In this document: positions 37,288 to 50,699 of the stretch, one piece after another | Numbering within the stretch: the first letter of the stretch is position 1 | Layout: every line of letters begins with the position of its first letter | Assembly: GCF_024521635.1 (NCBI RefSeq) | Contig: NW_026250408.1 | Coordinates: forward strand, 620,001 to 684,000 | Source of the DNA: Tricharina praecox | Taxonomy: Eukaryota | Length of the DNA stretch: 64,000 nt | Direction of reading: 5' to 3' | The notes under the pieces: model-generated | Database searches by the model: none | What the model was told of the DNA's origin: nothing | Seen by the model: the letters and a program-made list of their open reading frames with translations, nothing else | Made by a program: the position numbers and the translations under genes

Positions 37288-39548
37288 ATGCCTCAAGAAC
37301 GTCGTAAACGTGGTCGCCGCGCCGAAAAGAAGAGAAAGGATGAGAAATCGCCATCGCCGGCTCCCGAGCTCGAAAACCTCTATATCAACGACCTCGAGGG
37401 CGTCGTACCACCTGTCGACGATGCAACTACGTTCTACGGACTCCTAACGGAGGAAGAGTCGGAGTACTTTCGACGCGCGGATGAGATGTTGGCGTTGGAC
37501 GAGTTCGAGGATGCTGAGGGTACGTGTGGGAAAGCAATGCTGTGCATGAGTGCGTGTGCTGATCGCGCGGTGGTACTAGGAAAATCGCTGTTCATTGCCA
37601 ATCTATACAAAGAAGCGCACGGAAAGGAATTGAAGATTGCGCATTCCCAAGGTTGTTCGAGGCTTTTGGAGCGGTTGATATTGCTTTCTACACCGGCGCA
37701 ACTCAAAGCGTTGTTTCAATGCTTCAGTGGACAGTATGCTCTCCCGATTAACTTCGTTGTCCCCAGGGATTGGGCTAATGATCTGCAGCTTTTTGGCACT
37801 GGTGAAACACCGCTTTGCCAGTCACGTTTGCGAAACGCTCTTTCTCCAGGCCGTGCCCTTTGTTTCGCAAGAAATGGACTCCGAGTCTACCGCTAAGCAA
37901 GTGGTCGACGAAGATACCGTTTTCGCGAGTATGGAGTCGCTCTTCCTCTACATGTTCAATGAGATTCTGCCAGAGCTGAAGAGTCTCGTTACGGATACCT
38001 TTGCCTCCCACACCATCCGCACATTGCTACTCCTCCTCTCCGGCCGTCCGGTTTCCTCAGCGGCGACCCTGATCCAAAGCCGAAAGAAGGAGAATATCCC
38101 GTTGAACTCAGAAGGCGTCTCGAAGGAAAGCCGGGACCAGATATCGGTTGTGCCTCAGTCATTCCACGAGGCGGTTGGAAAACTGTTGAGCACAGTGTGC
38201 ACAGTGTTTTCGACCGAGGAGCTACGAGCATTAGCGGTGCACCAGATTGGATCGCCGGTGCTGCAGATTATGTTGCAGTTGGAGATGGGGCTGTCCAAGA
38301 AGGAGCGACGGAAGAAGGAGAAGTCCGAGGGCACATTGCTGTCAAAATTGACTGGTGTGATGCAGAACGACGAGGCGTCCGTAGCGAAGGAAGAGACCGC
38401 CGAGGGCGAGAAGGAAGGGGAGGAACAAGAGCGTAGCTTCTTTCAAAACCTTCTGTATGACTCTGTCGGCTCACATCTGGCTGAGAGCATCATACGGCAT
38501 GCGCCAAAGAAGGACTTTAACATGTTATATGGGCGATTCATCAAGCCGCGTTTGGGAAGCTTGGCGAGGAACGAGACTGCTGCGTTCGTAGTACAGAGGG
38601 TTTTGGAGAAGCTATCAAAGGAAGGACTTGAAGAGGCCGTAAAAGAGATACTGCCACAGGTACCCAGCCTCGTCGGCACGTTCCCCCATTCTCCTCCCGA
38701 CATGACAGCTACTGACGAAACCAGAACGCTCCCGCGTAGCCGTCCTCAAAACCCTCATCGACGCCTGTATAAAACAGGAGATCCCAGCCACACCTGTCAT
38801 TGACGCCATTACCAAAGCATACGACTGCACATCTGCAGAACTAATATTTAAGATGCTTCATCTGACCCCAGCCGACCTCACGCCACCTCCCAAAACTGAG
38901 GCTCCAGCTGGAAAGCCCAAGCGCGACCCCTTCCAACTCCACGGCTCTCTCTTCGCGCAGACTATCCTCTCCCTGCCTATTGAGGTCGCCTCCCCAATCG
39001 CCGAAAGCATCCTTGCCCAACCGCAAGACACTCTGGTGGCGCTGTGTAAACACTCTCAGGCCTCGCACGTTGTCCAGAAGCTCCTGAACTCCCCCACGGC
39101 AACAGTTCCCAACCGCCGGCGACTGCTCAACGCGCTCAAGGGCCGCTACGTTGAGCTGTCACTCGACACTGTAGCTTCTCACATCGTTGACGCATGCTGG
39201 GACTCACCCATGAACTACCGGCAATCCGTCGCCGAGGAGCTGATGCATGCCGAACCGCAAATGCGGGAGAGCTACTCTGGCCGTGCTGTCTGGCGTAATT
39301 GGAGTATGGATAAGTTCAAGACGAGGAAACAGCAGTGGTTCCAGCTGGCGAAGGAGGAAGCTGCGACGCCAGAGGGGAAACCAGTGGAGAGGAAGAAGAC
39401 CGCCATTGAATTGGCGAGGGAACGGCATGCGATGCAGAAGAAGAGAGGGTTCGCCACAGGGACTAATTCTAATAGTGGGAATAAGAGGTCTGCGGCTGCA
39501 GCTGTGGACACGGAGGAGGATGGGATGAAAAAGAGAAGGGTAGAGTGA
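37288..39548 (+). CDS. NOP9: Nucleolar protein 9 (Pumilio/PUF-like 18S rRNA maturation factor)
   Basis: Four exons; the third intron is GC-AG (38676-38724). MPQERRKRGRR, FYGLLTEEESEYF, GKELKIAHSQGCSRLLE, HRFASHVCETL, DTFASHTIR, SGRAVWRNWSMDKFK and KTAIELARER. Confidence 0.93.
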
Positions 39549-40038
39549 TATATGATTGTAAAAGTTTTGCTTATGGGTTGGCTATTTTTCCGTGTATATA
39601 TCATTCCTAGGTTTCGGTGTTGTATGTAATTGACATGCTGAAGATGGCAGTTTGAGTCTGAGAGTGATGGACGATGAAGAAGAAGCAGTAATCCCTTCGG
39701 CAAAGCTGCCTAAGCCACGAGCATGACCCCCCACGTTATTGAGGCAGAGGTACCTAGAACCTAGAAGGTGACATAATGCGATAGGCTAACCCTGGACCAT
39801 AATCCACGGGGCCGGGGCAGCGATCGGATAGCTGAACCCGCCGGCGTTCGGTCACAAAAATTTCCTGTGAACTTACCGGTAGCCCCACCAAAGACGAGTC
39901 ATAAGCTGCGTCGACCTTCGCCGACAACCGCAACCACCGACCACCGACCACCAACCACCAAGGAACTCATCAATTGTAGATATTGCAACATCTGCACATA
40001 TTGGCAGATCCACAGTCGCATATTTCCAACTGGTCAAG

Positions 40039-42165
40039 ATGGGGGATGCAAATGGAGCTGGAAATGGGGTTGTTGGCGAGCTATCGTCTCGAGCGCAGGA
40101 AGTCGAAAAGGTATTGAATCTGCAGCGCTAACGAGATGCCCGCGATGCATCGATGGATGTACGAGATGAGCTGCTCCGCTAACCCGACGAATAATAGCTC
40201 CTGAACCTCGCAACGGCCCAACTACTACCTTTCATCTCGTCCGCGGACGATGCCAACGGAAAACTCGTGGTCGAAGCCTTGCCGCCGAAGAAGCTCGAGG
40301 CGGTCTTGGATCTGGGACTCCCGGCGGGTGAGGGTAGAGGCGCGGAGGGTCTCGACGAGGCTATCAAGAAGGTCCTGAGGTACTCGGTCAATACGTGGAG
40401 GGATGGGTTCATGGACAAGTTGTACGCCTCGACGGATCCGGTCGGTGTTGCGAGTGATTTGCTGCTGAGCGTGCTTAATACCAATGTATGCTCTAATTCG
40501 AATATGGACCTGGTCCCCCTCCGTCTGCGGTGTTTCTTTGGGTTACTGACTGAGATAGGTACATGTGTATCAAGGTTAGACCACTGCCTTCGCCTACTCC
40601 TTCGTCACCGGTGGGGCATCCGTCTAACACATCCCCATAGTTTCACCAGCCCTGACGATCATCGAGCGGGAGACCGCGAAACGTTTCGCAAACCTCGCCG
40701 GGTTTGAGGGACCGCACGCCGGCGGAATAACACTTCCCGGAGGGTCGGCGTCGAACTCCACATCGATGATCATAGCGAAGAATACACTATTCCCAGAGAC
40801 TAAGATTCACGGTAACGGAAACAAGAGGTTCGTCGCGTTCACGAGTATCCACGGCCATTACTCAGTCGAGAAGGCGGCTATCTTGCTCGGACTGGGCTCC
40901 AAGGCGGTTTGGGAGGTTGCTGTGGACAAGCAAGGAAGGATGATTGCGACAGGTATGCATCGCATCATATCCAGTGATTCAGGGCGGTACTGACCTGATG
41001 GGGGATTAGAGCTCGAGGTTAGGATCATAGAGGCAAAGGAGAAGGGCTTCACACCATTCTACGTCAATGCCGGTGCCGGAACCACGGTGTTGGGTTCCTA
41101 CGATCCCTTCGACGAGATCGCAGATATCTGCCAGCGTCACCGTCTTTGGTTTCATGTCGACGGGTCCTGGGGCGGCGCTGTCGCCTTCTCCGAGAATCAG
41201 AAGTGGCGGTTGAAGGGTGCCCACCGCGCCGACAGCTTGACTGTCAATCCGCACAAGATGCTCGGCGTGCCGGTGACTTGCAGTTTTTTACTTACGCCGG
41301 ATAGGAGGGCCTTTTATCGAGCGACCAGCTTGAAGGCGGGGTAGTATGTTGCCCAACATCTCCTGGCTGATTGTGGATATATATATTGACTGGGTGGGAC
41401 TAGCCTCTTCCACGAGCAGGACGATGAAGATGAGGCGGATGATGTTTACGATATGGCGCAGATGACCATGGGCTGTGGCCGCCGGGCAGACTCCCTCAAG
41501 ATGGCCATGGGTTGGATCTATTACGGAAAGGATGGATATCAACGTGATTCCCTCCCTCCCTCCCCCCTCCCATCCCTATTTTCCCTCGACAGAAAGGCAG
41601 AAACTAAACTCTCCAGGCCGAATCGATCATGCATTCGACATGGCGGCATATTTCGCCACCACCCTGGCGAAACGCAAGGGCTTCCATCTGGTATCTGAGA
41701 ACCCGCCGCCATGTCTCCAGATGTAAGCCACTTCAATTCGCCGCCGTTACCACCATCAGGTTGAGACTGACCATTCGGGTGATCACAGTTGCTTCTACTA
41801 CACCGGCTCTGCAAACATCCTGAGCAGCGACGCAAAGTTGTGCGTTGATGTCCCCCACCACCCCACCTTCCCCCGCAGCAAACTAATACGGTGGGTGTAG
41901 CAATACCGAAATCACGCGAAGAATCGCTGCGCAGTTGATCGCGAAGGGGTACATGGTCGGTAAGTTTACCATCAATTGCCCCTCCCTCCCTCCCTCCGTC
42001 CGTCTTCCCCGCCTTCCCCGCTGAAACGCTGTGATACATCCACTAGACTATTCTCCGGATGCCACACATGGCGAGTTCTTCCGCGCCGTAGTAAGTCACC
42101 GGACAACACGGGAGACGGTGGATACCCTCATAGCCGCGATTGAGAAGCTCGGAGGAGCCTGTTAG
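40039..42165 (+). CDS. Group II PLP-dependent amino-acid decarboxylase (glutamate decarboxylase/CSAD/GADL1-like)
   Basis: Ten exons assemble without stops: YSVNTW..GFMDKLY, LNTNVHVYQVSPALT, PGGSASN, HGHYSVEKAA, AGTTVLGSYDP, HVDGSWGG, NPHKMLG (PLP lysine), CGRRADSLK. Confidence 0.92.
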
Positions 42166-42435
42166 GCCCGGCCCAGCCAGCCAGCCAGCTATGCCTACAT
42201 ATCTACCTACCCACTTCCATATCATGCGTGATCTTTTACTAGCAATTTCTTTCGTTTTTTTTTGCGTGAGTGGAGAGAGAGGCACGTGTACGAATTGTTG
42301 TATTCTAGACCTGTACAACAGATACTAGATACTAGATACTTGTACTTGTACATATCCACAGCAGCAGACATCATACCGTAGTTCATACCATAGTTCATAG
42401 AACCAGAATAATTGCCGTTGTCGCACTCACGCCCG

Positions 42436-42477
42436 CACGCACCGTACCGCACCGTACCGCACCGTACGCACCGTACG
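42436..42477 (+). repeat. Tandem repeat (GCACCGTACC)n
   Basis: About four 9-10 bp copies in the decarboxylase 3' region. Confidence 0.75.
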
Positions 42478-45400
42478 CTAGAATATTCTGTTGGAGCCGC
42501 CGCGATCCATCATCCATCCCTGTGACTCGCTCGCTCCCCAGCTCGCCGCCTGCCTACCTTCCTGCGCAACATCGAGAAAGATGATCGCTCTGCCTGCCTA
42601 CTCTTACATACCCTACATACATACGGTACGTCCGCACTTCCGAGAACGAAAAAGACCGTTTGCCCAACAGCACCAGCACATCCATCCACCCACCCACCCA
42701 TCCACAGGCAGGGCTATGTATGTATGGGTATGTGTGTACATATGGCCCCGGCCCCGGTCCGAACGGGGGCCCAACCTTCGCAACCTTAACGCGCCGCCGG
42801 CCAATCACCCGGGATGGGGGTGCGCGTCATGACATACCCTGGGTACATACCCCTCTTCCACCCTCCCTTTACCATAAGCTTGGGGGAGGGGGGATCGCTG
42901 ATGGATGGAAAAAATAGTGACGACGGAAGGAAGGAAACGCCTGTGGGCCCTGCCTTGTGCCATGGGCCCTGTGGCGTGTGTGTGTGGGAGTGAGTGAGCG
43001 CGCGGGCTAGGAAGCGAGCGAGCTGGTTTCCGCTCTGCTCTGCGATAGGTACATGGTCGACTTACTCCACTTGCTCGACTTGCATACCTACGGTACTCTA
43101 CAGACATGTGCAGCACCTCCCCATGTCGCCAGTTCCACTCCCCACATACCCGGATAGTAGGTGATGTGGAGCGTCAGGGTAATGCGTCAAGGTGGAGAGG
43201 TCCTCAGTGGAGGTTGCGGTACGGTTGGAGGTTGCGGTATATATGTCGGGGCTACCCACTCGTACATAGAGTAAGTAGAGTAAGTTGCGATACCTACTGT
43301 AAAGCAGATATGTACGTGCATGTCTGTCTATGTACTTGTCCAGTCTGGGCGAGGATATACAGTGCGATATAGTGGATATGGCTGCTGGATGGCTGGCTGC
43401 TGGATGGCTGGCTGCTGGATGGATGAGTGGATGGATGGATGGGGTTTTGGGAAGATCGGGACTTTTCATCTGCTGGGGATCTGCATGTGGGTTTGGGATA
43501 CAGATACAGATATGTACAGATACGCGTATGGGCATTGGATCTCGGAGTTTTGTTGCGACAGTGGCGGTGGAGTTCAGGGCTGCGAGGCGAGGCTCACACA
43601 CCCGGCATGTAGAGGATATGGCATGGGCCCGAAAGGAAATCTGGGAGAGGGAGAGAGACTCGAGAGAGAGCAGGAGGAGGTGGAAGAGGGGACGACCCCC
43701 CGAACCGAACGTCGAAATGTGTCAGGCAGTGTGTGTGTGTGTGTGTGTGGAGTGGGCGCTGGGCCGGACAGGGTGTTGCTCTACCAGCTACCTAGCAGTT
43801 CTGTCAGCTCACGGCCAGGGCCTAGCCAGAGTGGTTACCACCGCATCTGAACCACTAGCTGGTGACGCGACGGTTTTTCCTTCGTGTGATGACGATGCCT
43901 GGAGGGAACGGAGGGTTTGCGAACGACTGATGCTCGGTTCGTGGTGGGGATCGTTTGGGCGGGGGGAGGGGGGGAGGGCACTAGGTGGGGGGGTGTTGTT
44001 GTTGTTGTTCTTCGCGATCGGGTACTAGGAAGAGGCAGGAGGAGGAGCAGAGGGCCTTTTGTTTTGTCCGTCCGGACCGCAGGAGTGACTATGACTTACC
44101 TACCACTATGGCGAGGGCGGGCGTGGTGACGACGAGGTCGGCTGGCATGGTTTTGCTTGCTTGTTCTTCATTCGATTCAGCGGGCGCGGACACCGAAACG
44201 CGACGAGTCAAGCATTCGACCTCGCTCCAGGCCTGCCTGTGGCGGGTCTGTTTGATACCGGCGTTCGTCCGTCACGGCCGAACGCAGCGAGCGTATTGTG
44301 CGAGGAGCGATCGTTCGGTTCTGCCGAGCCGAGAGATAGCGGTAGAGTGGGTGGTGGCGAGTCGCGACGATAGTGACGGCGAGGTGGTGATGGCCGTTGG
44401 CAGTTGGCAGTTGGCAGTTGGCAATTGCGGTTTGTATGGTGAAGATACGGGGGGTGGGCATGGAAACGGACGCGGACACGGACACAGATGGAGAGAAGGG
44501 AGAATGGGAATCAGTTACGTTGCGGGTGAGGACGACATTTGATGATCAGCCTCACAGCTCGATGCAGCTAGAGGATGGTGGTTGAGCCCAGCGAAGCCTG
44601 CACGACTTGTGTACCGATTAGGCGACGACGCCCACTCCGGGGGCTGTGTCTCAGATTTTGCGCGGTATTTGGAGATAAGATAGCGCTGATTGACGGATTA
44701 GGGGGAGCGGCGATCACGTGACTATCGTTCTGCAGTAGCCCTAGCTAGCCCATTACGGCTCACCCCCCTTCCCCCCACCACCACCACCACACCATCGTTC
44801 GCTCGCCTCGCCAGTCGAGATAGATATGTTGAATGTGATAGAGCGGCGGACATGTCGGCAGGAGAGTTGACTTGCTTCAACTGCGTAACTCGTTGCTACC
44901 ACCTAGTACACCGCACTGGTACGGCAGTCTCAGCACCGTGACGCCGTACAGCAATGTGTTCTCAAATGTCTCTTTTGCTTATTCGCATATGCTTCTCCTC
45001 CAGCAACGCAACTTCCCCTCACCCCACTCACTCAATCACTCATCATCATCCCACCCAGACACCCCCCCCCTCCCCCCTTCCATCCCCCCGCGTCCACCCA
45101 TTGCCGCTGCTATTGCCATCATGTTATTCGGCCTCGTCGGCAGTCAGAGTGCCCAGTGTTCAATGTGAGATATGTTTGCCGTGTATGCCGTGCCGCCGCG
45201 CACAACGGAATTGTGTAGAACAACAGCACTCTCTCTCTCCAAACACTTTTACCATTCGCCCGTCTGTACTACCTGGCACCCGTACACTCACCCACTCACT
45301 TTCTCGCACCCACATAATAATACCTGGATCAGAGCGTCCGTCATAGCCTCATCAATCAAATCACCCTCCACCAACTACCACCAGTGACCACCACCACCAC

Positions 45401-47349
45401 ATCCACCACCACCCATAGACCACTCTCCCACACACACACACTCCTCTCCACACTCTCCACACACTCTGCCTTCGCTCTCTTCTCACCCATACCCACCTTT
45501 CCCACCCTGACCGAATCCACACAGACCAAACCCACCACCCACCATACAACCCCCCCTCCCCTTCCCGCCACTGCCCTCCTCCCCGAACTTTGGCTCTAAG
45601 CACTCTCCGTGTGAAAAAAAAATTGTCCGCTGTCGCTCTCTCGCTCTCGTCTGCTGTGCTCCCTCGCCCGTCTCCGCCGCCCAATAATGCACTCGCAGGG
45701 TTCTGACTGAAAAAGCTCTGTCACCAGCCGTGATCCGTTGCCACTCGCTCTAATACTTGATTCCGCGACCGGGGTTCCATATCAGAATATCCTTCGGCCA
45801 TCGAGCTCTGCCCCAACCATCGCTCCAAACTTCAACCTCTTCGATCGCGATCTTTCACAACCATCCCTCCCCCCCCCGCCTCCCACCTTCCACCCTTCAC
45901 TCACACCCCTCCGATACCCGACTCTAACGATCACTCCCTGCTGGGCGTGCTCTCCAGCCAGAACTCTCTTGTTTCGTCTCGTCTCGCCTCGCCTCGCTTC
46001 AAGACCATCTTTCGTGGACCCCGACGCCGTTAATCGACCAGCCTGACTGCCCTGCCCGCCTGCCTGCCTGTCTGCTATTCAAAAACCGATCGAGATTCGA
46101 AAGAGATCACGGATCCCCATTGCTACCCACAGAGAAAGTACTTGCTCCTCCCGAACCGCTCACCTCCCGTCTTTTGCTGGCTGGTTGGCTGCTTGCCGTT
46201 GCTTGCCCTTGCTATTTCGCGCCGCGGCCTGGTACTCGCGGAAAACGCCACACCAACTAGAGTGTTCACGAAATCCACCACCACCACCACTCCGAGGAAG
46301 GAAGCGCGCGAAAAGTGCTGCAACCGTACTCTTTGCTTTGCGGCCCGTAACGACCTTCCGTCTGCCGCTACCACGGCTCCACAACTTGGCCCTATCGCAT
46401 GGTTGAGGCATAGGAAGGCTTGAGCTTTTGAGCAACACGAACCGTTCGGAAAGCGCCCTTGCACTCCAGGGTGTGGTCATCGATACTTGGTTTCGAAGAA
46501 AGGAAAAAATAAGGCCAACAGAGTTGACCCGAATACTTCTTTTCAATATACAGGACAGGTCCGAAACAAACAAACAGACAGAGAGAGAGGGGGAGAGAAG
46601 AAAAGAGAGAGAGAGAGAGAGAGAGAAAAGGAGAGAGAGAGAATAGACCAACTCCAAGATAATTAAAGGTGTGTGTGTTTGCAATCGGCTCTTTCTGGCG
46701 ATCTTGATTTTATTTCTTCCTCTGTGAATTTCCGCGATGCGGTGCTTCCGTACTATTTTTTTCTCCTCCCAGCCCAGATGTCACGTCAAGTCAAGTCAAG
46801 TCAAATCCACTCGGTATTGTCAAGCCAGGCACACAGACCTGGCTCCCGTCGGACAGTCCCTGCGGCAGACAGACGGACAGATCGGACAGACAGACAGACA
46901 CACAGACATACAGCCCCAGACAGACACACAGAAAGATTGAAAGAAAGAAGACCCAATTTTCGCTCTCATCACGGCCCAATTCTCCCACGTCCCCCCACCC
47001 ACACAATCCCAAAATCCCACAGCCCTTCAGCCACTTGGCTCGCAAGCAAGGGTGGTGGTCGATGGTGGTGGTCGATGGTGGTGGTGGTGGTGATGGTGGT
47101 AGGGTAGGCCTGGTGTCGTACGGCCACTACTATTGATACCATACCTTCCCTCTTATCTCACCCGCGTCATACAACACCCCTCCCCTCTTCCAGAACAACC
47201 CAAACTGATCCAACCCCAACCCAAAAGGAGATTACCCAGGCCTACAGCTAGCTGCGCCCTGCGGTCCTTCCCCCCCACCCCCCTCCCAGCCTTCCTGCCC
47301 CCGTCGATCTCCCATTCCGGCGCTGGATCTCTATACCATCGAATCGGCC

Positions 47350-50329
47350 ATGGACATCGACGGTGACGACCTCAACGGGTACCTGGGATCGGGCGGCTTC
47401 GTGCCAACAGATCTGGCCGCTGCTCACTCGGCAGCTGAGGATGTGGCTGCAGGGAATGGAGGAATGCAGGTCAACAGAGGCGGTGGAGGGTTTGGTCAGT
47501 CGGACGACACGAACCACGGTGCCGACATGGACGCCATGGTGGCCGAGCGTCGCAGATCCTTGGCCAATGGCTTCGGTCTAGATTACCTGTCGATGGGCGA
47601 AGAGGATTCATTCTCGTCGATGGTGTCGCCGACGTTCACGTCGTCGCGAATGTCGGTGCCAACGACGCTCGAGGACGTTATGGATATGAGCGCGCCAGTC
47701 CCGCCGGTGATGTCCATGCTCGCGTACGGGACGACAATGTCCGCTCAGGACATGCAAGCCAGCATGTCGATGTTCTCCAACAGGACCGGCAGTATCACAC
47801 CACGGGCGTCTCTACCGAGTCCCGTCGACAGCCTGATGCCTTCGGTACCGACAAGTCCTGCGGTAAGTATAGTACATCGACCGCAGCGCTCCCTATCGTC
47901 TACCACCGTCGCGTCGGATATCACCATGGGCCAGGGTCCCACTCAGCGTTCCATGATTGAGCAACCACTCGACCACTCCACGAGGTCCCCCGGTATGTAC
48001 TGCCAACGGGGAATCAACTATGGTAACTACGACGACAATGTCACTTACGGCTATCCAGACAATAGCCAATCATCTGAACTCTTAACAATGCATCCAAAGC
48101 ATAGCAATTCACAAATGCCGGCACCCTCGATATTTCCCGAGAATATCTATTCGTCGAGTGGGTTCGATATGATGGACATCCTGGTGAATATGACCGCTCT
48201 CTCTCTCTCTCTCTCTTTCTCCCGACGAATTCGGCAATGCTGACTGAGGGACTCGCTAGAATCGTGTTGCCAATCGTCCCAATCCCGAGATCAACATCGG
48301 TGCGGTCGACATGTCCTGCGCATTCGTTGTCACGGATGCCCGCAAGTTCGACACCCCGATCGTATACTGCAGTGCCACATTCGAGCGCTTGACGGGTTAT
48401 ACGAAGCACGAGGTGCTGGGCCGGAATTGTCGGTTCTTGCAGGCACCGGATGGCAACATCAAGGCTGGCGACAGGCGGAAATACGTGGATGAGAACGCGG
48501 TCTACTACCTGAAGAACCAGATTGCAGCCAGAGCTGAAGCGCAGACTTCGCTCATCAACTACCGCAAGGGTGGACAATCGTTCACCAACCTGTTGACAAT
48601 GATCCCCATCACGTACGACGACACCGATGATGTCGTTTACATTGTTGGATTTCAGGTTGATCTCGTCGATCAACCCAGTGCTATGTTGAACAGGAACAGA
48701 GGTACATCATACCATTCATCAAAAAAAGATCTGTAATGATTTACGCGGCTGACGCGTTAGGTGAAGACGGATCTTTCTCCGTCAACTACCAGTACACTCA
48801 AATGCCCACATACATCCCCGCCATCGTTATGGATCAGAGACCCAAGATCACCATGGGTCGGGATGATGTCTCGCAGGTACTGGCTTCGTTCGGAAACGAC
48901 CTCGAACTCCACTCCAAGCGAATCCTCGACAAGGTGCTGCTGGAGAACACTGACGATGTCGTACACGTCCTCTCGCTCAAGGGTTTGTTCCTCTATTGCT
49001 CGCCAAGTATCCGCAAAGTCCTCGAGTACGAGCCCCACGAGCTCGTCGGCACCAGTCTGTCCGGCGTGTGTCACCCCAGCGACATCGTGCCCGTCACCAG
49101 AGACCTGAAGGATACTTCGAGCGGAACCAGCGTAAACGTCGTCTTCCGAATTCGCCGAAAATTCAGCGGCTATACATGGTTTGAGAGTCACGGTTGTCTT
49201 CACACTGAGCAAGGAAAGGGCCGTAAATGCATCATTCTTGTTGGAAGAGAACGGCCCGTCTACGTACTCCGTTGGAAAGACATCCATGCCGCCGGCGGTA
49301 TCGGAGAGAACGAGCTGTGGACAAAGTTGTCGACTAGCGGGATGTTTTTGCACGTATCGTCTAATTCTAAGCTGCTTCTCGATCGGGAAGCAGAGGATTT
49401 GATCGGTACCAGCGTACAGGCATTGATGCGACCCGACTCAAAGAATGAGCTAGGGAAGGCGCTGGAAGTGGCACGTATGGGCAATAGAACGACCGTGCGT
49501 CATGAGATTCAGAACAAGCGGGGTCAGTTCCTGCAGGCTCTCACGACTTTGTTCCCCGGTGACGGAGGCGAATATCAACGACCAACGTTCCTGATCGCCC
49601 AAACCCGGCTGTTGAAGCACAGCAGAGCTTCCGCCACGGCCGCCAGTCCTCAGCACAAGTCAAACGTCGAAACGCCCAGCTCCCACAGCTCAACCCCAAG
49701 CGGATGGAGTGGCGGCGCGGCTTCCACGCATCCCTCGACACCGAACGAAAGGTCGAAACCTGGGACTCGGGAAAACAGCGCCGATTCTCAAGGCGAGGAC
49801 AACATGTTTGAGGAGCTCAAGACTACGCGTTCCACTAGCTGGCAGTTCGAGCTACGGCAAATGCAGAGGACTAACAAGCGTCTGATAGAAGAGCTCAACT
49901 CACTGTTGGCTTCAAAGAAGAAGCGAAAACGGAGAAAGGGCGTCGATCAGCTCGAGAGGGACTGCGCCAATTGTCATACCCGAGTTACACCAGAGTGGAG
50001 ACGAGGACCTAGCGGAAAACGAGATCTATGCAACAGCTGCGGTTTGAGATACGCTAAACTTGTGGGTCACACCGCTGGTGCTTTTCACTGGGATTTACAA
50101 TGGAATACTGACTGTTATAGCAAAAGATTGGTCGGGGATCCTCCCGCACCGCACCTTCCGATTCGGACAAAGGCAAGACGAGTCCCATGTCGGCCACGCC
50201 AATGACTCATTCGATGTTGCCTTCCAATGGATCACCAATCGCAAATCATCACAATACGAGTCCGCAGTCGAACAAAACGCTCCAGCCAATCCGCGAATCG
50301 GCCACCTCCACCTTGGGCGGCACTTCGGT

Positions 50330-50362
<33 letters not shown>

Positions 50363-50699
50363 TCACCAACAGCAGCAACATCAACACTCGTCAAATCACC
50401 ACAGCCAACACCAGATAACCAAGAGTCCAATTGGAAGTGCACCCGTGTCTCCTACCGCCAATATGATGGTACCAATCCACATTCGACGGGGAAGCTTGGG
50501 GTCGCTACCGCCACAAATGATGTCGGAGCAGCCGCAGCAAATCCGAAAACACAGCCACGGGTCCATTCCGCACCTATCTGGCGGGATATTCACCAACATG
50601 TACAACGGAACGTCCATGATGCAGGGTATCCAGAGCGCTAACCTCGGGCGCTCGAGTGCTGGATCCGGGCAGGGCGGAAGTGGTGGAGGCATCGGCTAA
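47350..50699 (+). CDS. wc-1: White collar 1 blue-light photoreceptor / GATA transcription factor
   Basis: Exons 47350-48183, 48260-48701, ~48761/48767-50061 and ~50121/50127-50699. IYSSSGFDM, LOV domain with GRNCRFLQ (photoactive Cys codon 48428-48430), two further PAS domains, NLS KKKRKRRKG, GATA finger CANC-x18-CNSC and a C-terminal polyQ/H tract. Confidence 0.98.
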
